From Ignavibacteriales bacterium (lineage in GTDB: Bacteria; Bacteroidota; Ignavibacteria; UBA10030): DNA of 64,000 nt. Position numbers and translations under genes: made by a program. Below, piece by piece: positions 55,944 through 64,000 of this stretch. The stretch is taken from positions 8,875-72,874 of the forward strand of contig JACPUH010000002.1 of NCBI GenBank assembly GCA_016192345.1, read 5' to 3'. How positions within the stretch are numbered: the first letter of the stretch is position 1; the number at the start of each line of letters is the position of its first letter. Under the pieces are notes generated by a model. That model ran no database searches and was not told the DNA's origin. It was given only the letters and a program-made list of their open reading frames with translations.

Positions 55944-57281
55944 TCAGAACTCGTCCTGCAGGCTCTGGTTTGACGTTTTCGAAGACGATCCTGCCTCGAC
56001 CGGTTGTTCCCTTGTATACTTCAGGACCCACAGCATGGTCAAGGCAGAGAGCGCCAGGAAGATGAAGATGACAAAGCCGATGGGATAACCCGGCATCCCC
56101 AGATCGCTGACCGCGAACCCCATCGCTAACGGAATCAAGAAGCCTCCAAAGGCTCCGAGACCACCGACCCAGCCGGTGGCACCACCAACGGCCTGCGGAA
56201 CAAGTTGGGGTACCAGTTTGAAAACGGCCGCATTGGAGTTTCCCATGCCAAAGGCCATCAGGATGATACCTGGGATCGCCAGTTGATACTGTTGTGATAT
56301 CGTCATCATGAGGGCACCCATCAACATGATGAGCAGGGCGAGGATCCCTGTATTCTCTCCCCCCTCCCGCAACCGATCGGAAAGAACCCCGCCGCCGATT
56401 CGCACGACAGAGGTCAGAATGGAATAGCCGGCGGTCAACACTCCAGCGACGACGGCATCCATGTGATGAAACTGCGTCCAGTACGTCGGTAACCACGCCG
56501 TAAGGGCAATGAAACCGCCAAAGGTCGTGAAATAGATCGACACCAAGGCCCACGTTTGCCACACCTTGGCAGAGGCTACAAGGCTTTGCCTGATTCCGTT
56601 CAGAGGAAAGAGCTCCTGTCCCTCCCGTCTCGCAAGTTCGCGTGCCTCCGTAGGTGAAATTCCCGCTTTGACGAACTGGAAGTACCACGCGTTACTGCCG
56701 AAGACTGAATACAGAAGGGTCCCCCCGACCAAAACAGAGAGCCAGATCACGTATGCGCCGCTTAACCCTGCACCTGCCACGGCAACGGGAAGCAGGAGCG
56801 TAAACACTCCTGGCGCAACGTTTCCGACGCCGGCGTACACTGCAAGCGCTTTGCCTTGGTGCCGTTGCGGAAACCAGTATGCGACCTGGCTCGCACCAAC
56901 GGAAAACGTGGCGATACCGCAACCCGAGAGTGCACCAAAGAACAGAATCGGGAGATAGAATTCTCTCGTAAGTCCCTCAGGGTACAGTGTGAGAATCATC
57001 ACCGTTAATCCGATCATCCCGACAACGGAAAGGCCGAGCAGGGTCAACATCGGCTTCTTCCCGCCCGTCGTATCCACCCAACCGGAAAAGGGAATCCTGA
57101 GCAGTGAACCGGTCAGTGCAGGGACGGCGATAAGAATCGACACCTCGAGAGAGCTTAGTTCCATCAGCTCCTTCAGCTTCACAGCCGTTGTGCCGAACAG
57201 CGCCACGGCGGCAAACCCAATAAAGAAACCAAGGGTCGCAGCCTTGAGTCCGATATTTGGGTTCCCTTTAGTTCGCGGCAT
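55944..57281 (-). CDS. narK: Nitrate/nitrite MFS transporter (NNP family)
   Basis: GSLLRIP and SVVRIGGG.LSD (two conserved Arg), nitrate signature GCGIATFSVG..QVAYWFP..QG.ALA..AGVGN, GMGNSNAAVFK.VP; start ATG 57281 overlaps the narI stop. Confidence 0.9.
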   Translation of the reverse strand: MPRTKGNPNIGLKAATLGFFIGFAAVALFGTTAVKLKELMELSSLEVSILIAVPALTGSLLRIPFSGWVDTTGGKKPMLTLLGLSVVGMIGLTVMILTLYPEGLTREFYLPILFFGALSGCGIATFSVGASQVAYWFPQRHQGKALAVYAGVGNVAPGVFTLLLPVAVAGAGLSGAYVIWLSVLVGGTLLYSVFGSNAWYFQFVKAGISPTEARELARREGQELFPLNGIRQSLVASAKVWQTWALVSIYFTTFGGFIALTAWLPTYWTQFHHMDAVVAGVLTAGYSILTSVVRIGGGVLSDRLREGGENTGILALLIMLMGALMMTISQQYQLAIPGIILMAFGMGNSNAAVFKLVPQLVPQAVGGATGWVGGLGAFGGFLIPLAMGFAVSDLGMPGYPIGFVIFIFLALSALTMLWVLKYTREQPVEAGSSSKTSNQSLQDEF

Positions 57282-58011
57282 CGGCGAACGCTCCCGGTTC
57301 TGCAACTGAACCTTTTGGTTTCCTTCTGATCCCGTACCACCGCACGACCTGCGGCTTCCGCCAGAGATACGGATTGGGAACGACAAGAATATGAACCAGA
57401 CGGGTAAACGGCGCGAACGCGATCATGGTGTACGCACTCACAATGTGCAGCTTGACCATCCACGGCATCGCTGTGACGTACGTGATATCCGGCGTGAGCG
57501 TGACCAGCGACCAGAGATAGGGAACAGCAAGGGATGCAAACCAGGAGGACCCCCAGCTATGGAAGATCGCAACAGAGAGGCCGCTCAGGATCTGCACGAT
57601 GAAGTTGCCGAAGATCACCCAATCGGCAACACTGGTAACCATCCTGACTTTGCGATCCGTGATACGCCGGATGATGATGCTCACCAATCCGACCATGCTG
57701 AGGAGCGCCGCCATGAAGGCGGATCCCTCCAGAATGTACAACCGGGCCGGGTGGCTGTTCCACCACAGAATCTCACGAGGGACGAGGAAGGCCACCACGT
57801 GTCCGAGGAGAACCACAATAATCCCGTAGTGAAACGGCACAAGCCCCCAGAAGTGATGCTTGTTCTCCAGGAACTGCGACGAGAGACTGGAATAGGTGAA
57901 GCTTTCCGAACGATACCGGCGAATGGAGACGATCAGGAACAGCACCAGCGAGACATAGGGAAAAACGACAAACAGGACGGTGTCCAGCAGGAATGGTCCG
58001 ACGTCAAACAT
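57268..58011 (-). CDS. narI: Respiratory nitrate reductase gamma subunit (cytochrome b)
   Basis: SSLSSQFLE, FHYGII..L.GH, KLHIVS, PFTRLVHIL (four heme b His). Confidence 0.96.
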   Translation of the reverse strand: MFDVGPFLLDTVLFVVFPYVSLVLFLIVSIRRYRSESFTYSSLSSQFLENKHHFWGLVPFHYGIIVVLLGHVVAFLVPREILWWNSHPARLYILEGSAFMAALLSMVGLVSIIIRRITDRKVRMVTSVADWVIFGNFIVQILSGLSVAIFHSWGSSWFASLAVPYLWSLVTLTPDITYVTAMPWMVKLHIVSAYTMIAFAPFTRLVHILVVPNPYLWRKPQVVRWYGIRRKPKGSVAEPGAFADAAN

Positions 58012-58014
58012 GGT

Positions 58015-58563
58015 TCATTCTCCTCCGTGAGAGGTGACGGATTCACATGCCAGGATCCTTACCGACTTCAGCACGTGTTCATACGGGTTGGGATTGACTG
58101 CGAACCCCTCGAGCATTTTATCCAACGCGCGCACCAGCCGCGCCGGGACAAATTCCCGAATCTCCGACTCGTCCATCCTGCCGAGAGCGTGAAGTGCGTG
58201 GGTCAGATGATCCGGCAGTTCGCTCGATTCTTCGATCGCGTACCGGCGGAGAAGGTCCCTCATGTGTACCAGGAACGTCCCGCGTTCGTACGTCTCACCA
58301 TACAGATGCCATCCGACTTCGAGACTGCTGACAGGATTAATGTCGAAGGTCCTCGTATAGAGTTCCTCCAACTCCCCAACGGAGAGCGGTATAACCGCAT
58401 CGGAAAACTGTTGAAGGTGTTCAATCGCACTCTGCCTGCGCTCGGGATCGGGGAACTCCGACGTCCGGAGGGCTTCGAGACACATGGTCAGTCGGGATTT
58501 GTAATCCTCGCGCGGGTAGGCAAGGATCGAAGCCAGGCCATCGAACATGATCGTGTTCTTCAT
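58015..58563 (-). CDS. narJ: Nitrate reductase maturation chaperone
   Basis: LEELYTRTFD, LEVGWHLYGE...RG, ELPDHL; lies between narH and narI. Confidence 0.9.
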   Translation of the reverse strand: MKNTIMFDGLASILAYPREDYKSRLTMCLEALRTSEFPDPERRQSAIEHLQQFSDAVIPLSVGELEELYTRTFDINPVSSLEVGWHLYGETYERGTFLVHMRDLLRRYAIEESSELPDHLTHALHALGRMDESEIREFVPARLVRALDKMLEGFAVNPNPYEHVLKSVRILACESVTSHGGE

Positions 58564-60053
58564 CAGAGTCCTCTTTCGGGGGGTTCCATAAATCCGAAAC
58601 CGACAGCGGTCTTGTGCTCCTGCGGGTCCTTCATCATTTCTATCGCCTCTTCACGGTGCATCGGGGGGATGACAAAACGCTCTTCGAACGTGCAAAGCGA
58701 TGTGAGCTCGTAGATGCGTTCCGCCTCTTCCACCGTGCAGTCGGCTTCACGCAGGATCGCCTCCGCCGTCTTCATCGGGATGTCCCCCACGGTCTTTGCC
58801 CGACGATATACACGGACGGCTTTCTGTTTCTTGAGAGCGTACACGAGCTTCCCCTGGTGTCCCGCGCCAAAGAGATTGGCAAGAAACTGGAGCGGAACCC
58901 TGGCCTGCTCGATATCGTGGAAAAACTCGTCCGAGACACTCGACACGGTGTCGTCATTCCTGTTCGCCATGACCGGGGACATCGGCGGGACGTAGAATAA
59001 CATCGGCAGCGTGCGGTATTCAATATGCGGGGGAAGGGCTATCTTCCACTCCTTGACGAACTTGTACACGGGAGAGTTTTGGGCGGATTCGATGACCGAA
59101 TCGTGAATATTATTCTTCCGGGCTGCGGCAATGACTTCAGGATCATGAGGATCCAGGATCAAGGAACGCTGTCCGTCGATCAGTTGCTCATCCGGGAGCT
59201 TGGCGACTTCCTCAAGACGATCCGCGTCATAGAGCAAAACACCGAGATATCGAATCCTCCCGACGCATGAGTGGAAACACGCCGGCGCCTGTCCCGTTTC
59301 CAGGCGCGGGTAGCAAAGAACACATTTCTCCGACTTGCCAGTCGACCAATTGTAGAACGTTTTCTTATAGGGACAAGCCGCCACGCAAGCGCGCCAGCCA
59401 CGGCAGCGTTTCTGGTCGATCAGCACGATTCCATCCTCCCCCCGTTTGTACAAGGCTCCTGAGGGACAGGAGGCCACACAGCTTGGGTTCAGGCAGTGAT
59501 TACAGATGCGGGGAAAGTAAAAAAGCACCAGGCGTTCCACGGCGGAGAGTTGCTGCCGCTGCTCTTCGCTCAGTCCTTTCAGGTTTGGATCGCTTTCGGC
59601 GTAGATGCGCGACCCTCCAAGGTCGTCGTCCCAGTTCGGGCCGGACTCAACATTGATGTATTCTCCGGTCACCATGGAGACCGGGCGCGCGGTGGGCTGA
59701 TCCGACCCCTCCGGAGCATTGAACAGTTCATCATATTTGTACGTCCACGGCTCGTAGTAGTCGTCCATGCTCGGCATGGAGGGGTTATGGAAGATATTCG
59801 TCACCGTCTTCGCTTTGCTGGTGGATTTGAGCACCAGTTTCCCGTCCCGAAGCTCCCAACCACCACGGTACTTCTCCTGGTCCTCCCACTTCGTCGGGAA
59901 GCCGGTCCCCGGCTTGGTCTCGACGTTGTTCCACCACATGTATTCCGTCCCTTTGCGGTCGGTCCAGATGTTCTTACACGCGATGCTGCACGTGTGGCAC
60001 CCTATGCATTTATCGAGATGGAACACCATGGAAATTTGAGATCGGACGTTCAT
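58563..60053 (-). CDS. narH: Respiratory nitrate reductase beta subunit
   Basis: LDKCIGCHTCSIACKN.WT.R.G.EY.WWNNVETKPG, PRICNHCLNPSCVASCPSGA, CRGWRACVAACPYKK, ACFHSCVGRIRY. Confidence 0.98.
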   Translation of the reverse strand: MNVRSQISMVFHLDKCIGCHTCSIACKNIWTDRKGTEYMWWNNVETKPGTGFPTKWEDQEKYRGGWELRDGKLVLKSTSKAKTVTNIFHNPSMPSMDDYYEPWTYKYDELFNAPEGSDQPTARPVSMVTGEYINVESGPNWDDDLGGSRIYAESDPNLKGLSEEQRQQLSAVERLVLFYFPRICNHCLNPSCVASCPSGALYKRGEDGIVLIDQKRCRGWRACVAACPYKKTFYNWSTGKSEKCVLCYPRLETGQAPACFHSCVGRIRYLGVLLYDADRLEEVAKLPDEQLIDGQRSLILDPHDPEVIAAARKNNIHDSVIESAQNSPVYKFVKEWKIALPPHIEYRTLPMLFYVPPMSPVMANRNDDTVSSVSDEFFHDIEQARVPLQFLANLFGAGHQGKLVYALKKQKAVRVYRRAKTVGDIPMKTAEAILREADCTVEEAERIYELTSLCTFEERFVIPPMHREEAIEMMKDPQEHKTAVGFGFMEPPERGL

Positions 60054-60062
60054 CGAGGTCTC

Positions 60063-63000
60063 CTACCAGATCAGTTCGGGAAGTTTGCGGATCAACACGT
60101 GCGTGTCGCGGTTGCAGCCGGTCGGTCCCCAATAGTTGAAGTGATATGTGAATTGGCCGTACCCTCCCACCATCAGATTCGGTTTGAGGCGCGTTCGCGT
60201 AAGACTGTTGTGCCCGCCGGCTCTGCGGTTGTTTCGAAGAGGCGACTTCGGGACCGAATAGGTGCGTTCGGGAGAATGGTAGATGATGCAGATCCCACGC
60301 GGAATCCTGGCGCTGACGGCGGCACGTGTAACGACGACGCCATGATCGTTGTACACTTCGACCCAGTCGTTATCGTTGATGTTGAGTTCTTCAGCATCCT
60401 TGTCGTTCATCCAGAACGGCTCAATCCCGCGTGACAGGGTCGTCATGCGTTGATTATCGCTGTAGGTGGAGTGGATATGCCATTTGCCGTGAGGGGTCAG
60501 AAAGTTCAGCATTTTGGATTTGCCAGCCTCCGTGGTAAAGCGAAGGTCTGAGTACTGTGTCGGAGACGGCTTCGGCTTGTACGTCGGGAGATGCTCGCCG
60601 AACTGGATATAGCCCGGATGGTCAAGGTAGAAATGCTGGCGGCCGGTGAGTGTCCTCCACGGGACCAGGCTTTCGATATTGTAGGTGAAAGCGGAGTAGG
60701 CGCGTCCGTTTTCGGTGAGCCCGGACCACATCGGGCTGTTCAATAACCGCATCGGAGCCCCCTGCAATCCTTTGTAGCTCACGCGCGTTCCTCTGTTCTT
60801 TTCGGCAAGATGAGCAAGCGGCAGTCCGACCTTCTCCTCCATGTTCTTGTACGACCGGTATGCCAGCTCCCCGTTGGTCACTGTCGCCAGATGCAGGATC
60901 GCATCGCACACCTCGACATCCCGTTTGAGGGAGGGATATGTTTTCCCGTTAAAAGAGGTCGTGGGATGCGTGATCAACATTTGATCATAGAAATCATCGA
61001 TCGCGTATTTTGTCCCATGTGCCCCAAGGCCATTCTGACGAACCAGCGGGCCAAGGGAGATGTATTGGTTGTAGAGATTTTTATAGTCACGCGTCATAAC
61101 GGTGAACTGCGGCATCGTCTTGCCAGGAATCGCTTCGACTTCTCCGGTGATCCAGTCTTTGATCCCGGGCTGGGCGATCTCCGCCGAGGAATCGTGGGCC
61201 AGCGCCGTGGCAACGATGTCCTTTACCGGTTCCGGAAAATGATGGGAAGCCAGCTCGGAGAATTTTTTCGCGACAGCTTTGAAAATATCCCAGTCACTCT
61301 TCGATTCCCAGCATGGGGGAACGGCGGCGGACAAGGGATGAATGAAACTGTGCATATCGGTCGAGTTCAGGTCTGCCTTCTCGTACCACGTCGCCGCCGG
61401 AAGGACGATATCCGAGTACAAGGCTGAAGTATCCATCCGGAAGTTCAGATCGATCACAAGATCCATTTTCCCGTGTGGGGCAATTTCATGCCAGACCACT
61501 TCCTTGACGGAATCCTTTGCCATATCCTCGGCAACGGCATTGTCATGGGTCCCGAGATAATGCCGGAGGAAGTACTCATGCCCCTTGCTACTCGCCATCA
61601 AGGCATTGCCTCGCCAGATGAACCAAACCCGCGGCCAGTTTTCCTTTGCGTCGGGATCCTCGACTGAGAATTTCAACTTCCTTGATTTCAGGTCCTCGAC
61701 GGTCTTGTGGACGATCTGATCGTTCGTCGTTGCCCCGGCCTCCTCAGCCTCTTTGACAAGGTCGATGCTGTTCTTGGGGAACTGCGGGTAGAACGGAAGC
61801 CAGCCGTTTCGCACGGCCTTGACCTGCACATCCATCGTATGCCCGGAGGCAAGCGATCCCTGTTCCTGCTTCGCCGGCACGGTGTGATAATCCGTAAATC
61901 CTCTCTCGTACCGCCATTGGTCTGTATGGACGTAGTGCCAGCTCGGTGCATTTTGTTGACGGGATGCAGGATACCAATCCTTCGCGAACGCAATCGCTCC
62001 CCACGGCTCTCCCGGGGCAAGTTTCTCCTGGCCGACGTAGTGTCCCAGTCCGCCACCGTTGACGCCGATGCAGCCGCAAAACATCAACGCGTGGATGCCG
62101 GCCCGGTACATCAGATTGGCATGATACCAGTGGTTGATGCCCGCGCCGATGATGATGGTGCATTTGCCGTTCGTGTGTTCGGCTGTGCTCCCCCATTCCC
62201 GCGCAAACCTGATCAGGTCCTTCCTTCCGATACCCGTGTATTTTTCCGTCCATGCCGGGGTATACGGCCGTTCTTCATCGTCGTAGCCGGTCGGATAGTC
62301 ACCCTCAAGCCCGCGGGCGACGCCGTATTGAGCCATCAGCAGGTCGTACACGGTCGCAACTGTCACCGACGTACCGTCGGCCGTCGTGATCGTCGTTACC
62401 GGCACGTGCCGAACCAGGCTCGCGGCATCCGCAAAATTGTCGAACCGGACCGGAACCGATGCTCTGGTGGTTTCCAGAAATGTAATTTCGGGTGTGATCT
62501 CGGTTCCGTCCAGACCGTCTTTCAGAAGCAGGTTCCATTTTCCCTTCTCCGTACCCCACCGATCCCCGACACTCCCCAATGGCATCTTGGGCTTTCCTTC
62601 CTTCGCATCCCACATCAGGAATTTCCATTCGCCATGCTCGACATCTTTGTATTGCTCGAGCCGGTTGGCGCGAAGCATTTGGCCGGCCTCATACACTCCC
62701 CCCTCCTGCTTCAATTCCACGAGGTAGGGAGCGTCGGTGTATTTCTTCGTGTAATCGAGGAAGTACGGAACCTTTTTTTGGTGATGGAATTCCGTCAGAA
62801 GTACGTGATTGACCGCCATCCACCACGCTCCATCCTGTCCCGCGTTGATGGAGACCCAGTGATCTGCGTATTTTGCGACCTGGTTGAAATCCGGAGCGAA
62901 AACGTACATCTTCGTTCCATTATGGCGGGCCTCTGCGGCAAAGTGAACATCCGGAGTCCGCGTCATATTCAGATTCGACCCCATCACCGCGAGCAGTTTG

Positions 63001-63707
63001 GCGTTGTACCAGTCGGCAGACTCCTGCACATCGGTCTGCTCCCCCCAGGTTTCCGGCGAGGCGGAAGGAAGGTCACAATACCAGTCGTAGAAAGAGAGGG
63101 AGACACCCCCCAACAACTGCATCAGGCGTGCGCCGGACGCATAACTCACCATCGACATGGCAGGGATCGGAGAGAACCCTGCAATACGATCGGGGCCGTG
63201 CGCCTTGATGGTGTGAACATTGGCCGCCGCGATGATCTCCAGTACTTCATCCCACGTTGTACGGCGGAATCCCCCTTTCCCGCGTGCCCGTTGCCAGCGT
63301 TTTCGGTATTCCTGTTTCGTCACCAGCGATTTCCATGCCTCCACCGGATCCTCAAATTCCACGCGAGCTTTTCTCCAGAGATCGAGCAGAGCGCCGCGGA
63401 TATAGGGATACTTCACGCGAAGCGGGCTGTAGAGATACCAGGAGAACGAGATACCGCGTTGGCAACCGCGCGGTTCATACGGGGGCAGACCATGCTCGAG
63501 GGATGGGTAATCAAGCCCCTGCATCTCCCATGTGACGATGCCGTCCTTCACATGAATCATCCAGGTGCAACTGCCGGTGCAGTTGACGCCGTGCGTGCTT
63601 CGCACAACCTTGTCGTGTTGCCAGCGATTGCGATAGAATTCCTCCCATCCGCGCAGAAGAGGATTCTCTTCGTCTTTGATCCAGTGAATCTTCTGTGTGT
63701 CGCTCAT
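60063..63707 (-). CDS. narG: Respiratory nitrate reductase alpha subunit (cytoplasmic, no Tat signal)
   Basis: [11 protein letters not shown] (FS0), YSWYLYSP-like [17 protein letters not shown] (Mo-ligand Asp), [31 protein letters not shown]; 1214 aa. Confidence 0.97.
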   Translation of the reverse strand: MSDTQKIHWIKDEENPLLRGWEEFYRNRWQHDKVVRSTHGVNCTGSCTWMIHVKDGIVTWEMQGLDYPSLEHGLPPYEPRGCQRGISFSWYLYSPLRVKYPYIRGALLDLWRKARVEFEDPVEAWKSLVTKQEYRKRWQRARGKGGFRRTTWDEVLEIIAAANVHTIKAHGPDRIAGFSPIPAMSMVSYASGARLMQLLGGVSLSFYDWYCDLPSASPETWGEQTDVQESADWYNAKLLAVMGSNLNMTRTPDVHFAAEARHNGTKMYVFAPDFNQVAKYADHWVSINAGQDGAWWMAVNHVLLTEFHHQKKVPYFLDYTKKYTDAPYLVELKQEGGVYEAGQMLRANRLEQYKDVEHGEWKFLMWDAKEGKPKMPLGSVGDRWGTEKGKWNLLLKDGLDGTEITPEITFLETTRASVPVRFDNFADAASLVRHVPVTTITTADGTSVTVATVYDLLMAQYGVARGLEGDYPTGYDDEERPYTPAWTEKYTGIGRKDLIRFAREWGSTAEHTNGKCTIIIGAGINHWYHANLMYRAGIHALMFCGCIGVNGGGLGHYVGQEKLAPGEPWGAIAFAKDWYPASRQQNAPSWHYVHTDQWRYERGFTDYHTVPAKQEQGSLASGHTMDVQVKAVRNGWLPFYPQFPKNSIDLVKEAEEAGATTNDQIVHKTVEDLKSRKLKFSVEDPDAKENWPRVWFIWRGNALMASSKGHEYFLRHYLGTHDNAVAEDMAKDSVKEVVWHEIAPHGKMDLVIDLNFRMDTSALYSDIVLPAATWYEKADLNSTDMHSFIHPLSAAVPPCWESKSDWDIFKAVAKKFSELASHHFPEPVKDIVATALAHDSSAEIAQPGIKDWITGEVEAIPGKTMPQFTVMTRDYKNLYNQYISLGPLVRQNGLGAHGTKYAIDDFYDQMLITHPTTSFNGKTYPSLKRDVEVCDAILHLATVTNGELAYRSYKNMEEKVGLPLAHLAEKNRGTRVSYKGLQGAPMRLLNSPMWSGLTENGRAYSAFTYNIESLVPWRTLTGRQHFYLDHPGYIQFGEHLPTYKPKPSPTQYSDLRFTTEAGKSKMLNFLTPHGKWHIHSTYSDNQRMTTLSRGIEPFWMNDKDAEELNINDNDWVEVYNDHGVVVTRAAVSARIPRGICIIYHSPERTYSVPKSPLRNNRRAGGHNSLTRTRLKPNLMVGGYGQFTYHFNYWGPTGCNRDTHVLIRKLPELIW

Positions 63708-64000
63708 GCGTTACTCTCCAGTTGACGTTCTTGAACCAGGGGCCGACGTACGGCCCGAAAGCGTTTGTTCCACACCACATCGAAGACCCCGAGCACAATG
63801 AGTGTTCCCGCGAGGCCGATGAGAATGAAATTCAGGCGGGCGGTAGATGCATCTTCGGGGTTGCGAGTGAGGGTGTGCTGAAAATAGGCAACGAGGCTGA
63901 GGATCTCCTCGGATTCGAGCGGTTCCTTCCTGAAGACTGATTGCATCGTGGGCGTGGCCGGGGCGGAGAGCCAGATGGAGAGCGCCTTGCGCCCCTGATA
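63704..64000 (-). CDS. narC: NarC-like membrane-anchored cytochrome c, C-terminal part (runs off the right edge)
   Basis: Open frame from 64000: ...[31 protein letters not shown] + TM helix + basic tail, a class I cytochrome c C-terminus like Thermus NarC; ATGA overlap with narG. The heme motif itself is outside the window. Confidence 0.6.
   Translation of the reverse strand, partial: YQGRKALSIWLSAPATPTMQSVFRKEPLESEEILSLVAYFQHTLTRNPEDASTARLNFILIGLAGTLIVLGVFDVVWNKRFRAVRRPLVQERQLESNA

Noticed and set aside
60063-63707. Nitrite oxidoreductase (NxrA) or periplasmic Nar
   Set aside because: No Tat signal, and narJ, narI, narK and nrfHA context fit cytoplasmic Nar; only a phylogeny could formally exclude a Nitrobacter-type NXR.
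61707-63725. 672-aa plus-strand ORF (and similar long ones at 2175-3980, 10826-11698, 11789-13348, 32266-33960, 50071-51321, 51341-52483, 57391-58713)
   Set aside because: They lie antisense to well-supported genes, have no recognisable motifs, and are typical shadow ORFs of GC-rich coding DNA.
1-64000. CRISPR arrays, tRNA/rRNA genes, transposases, integrases or prophage genes
   Set aside because: None seen by eye; intergenic gaps are short and explained by promoters and terminators. tRNAscan-SE and Infernal runs would be needed to exclude small RNAs.

Overview
Bacterial chromosomal DNA. Every gene I can support lies on the minus strand; the long plus-strand ORFs are antisense shadows. I saw no rRNA, tRNA, CRISPR array or mobile element. 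The gene set looks most like an Ignavibacteria-like (Bacteroidota sensu lato) anaerobe, but that is inference only. From about 10.8 kb to the right edge the window is an anaerobic respiration supercluster with 14 complete c-type cytochrome genes carrying 105 heme-binding motifs by my manual count. In transcription order (right to left) it holds: narC-like/narGHJI/narK/TDT-family channel running into a complete alternative complex III (actABCDEF) and moaA, with no oxygen reductase; Rrf2 and YwiC; nrfHA; hemerythrin; TonB/Usp; a 13-heme c + cytochrome b fusion and a split CbcL-like pair with 19 hemes; transketolase/aminotransferase; an ImcH-like heptaheme joined to a Rieske/cytochrome b/11-heme complex; a second minimal Qrc/ACIII-type complex with a four-domain cytochrome and c554; an ExtABCD-like porin-cytochrome conduit; and ccmF. 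Up to nine sigma54-type -24/-12 elements sit in front of operons. The left 10 kb carries redox-stress and central-metabolism genes (ECF/ZAS, trxA, OsmC, maeB, CoA transferase, divergent Ald). Best candidate new system: a Geobacter-like, possibly bidirectional, extracellular electron transfer chain linked to nitrate-to-ammonium respiration, with ACIII inside the nar operon. Homology calls come from motif recognition and recalled sequences, not from database searches.
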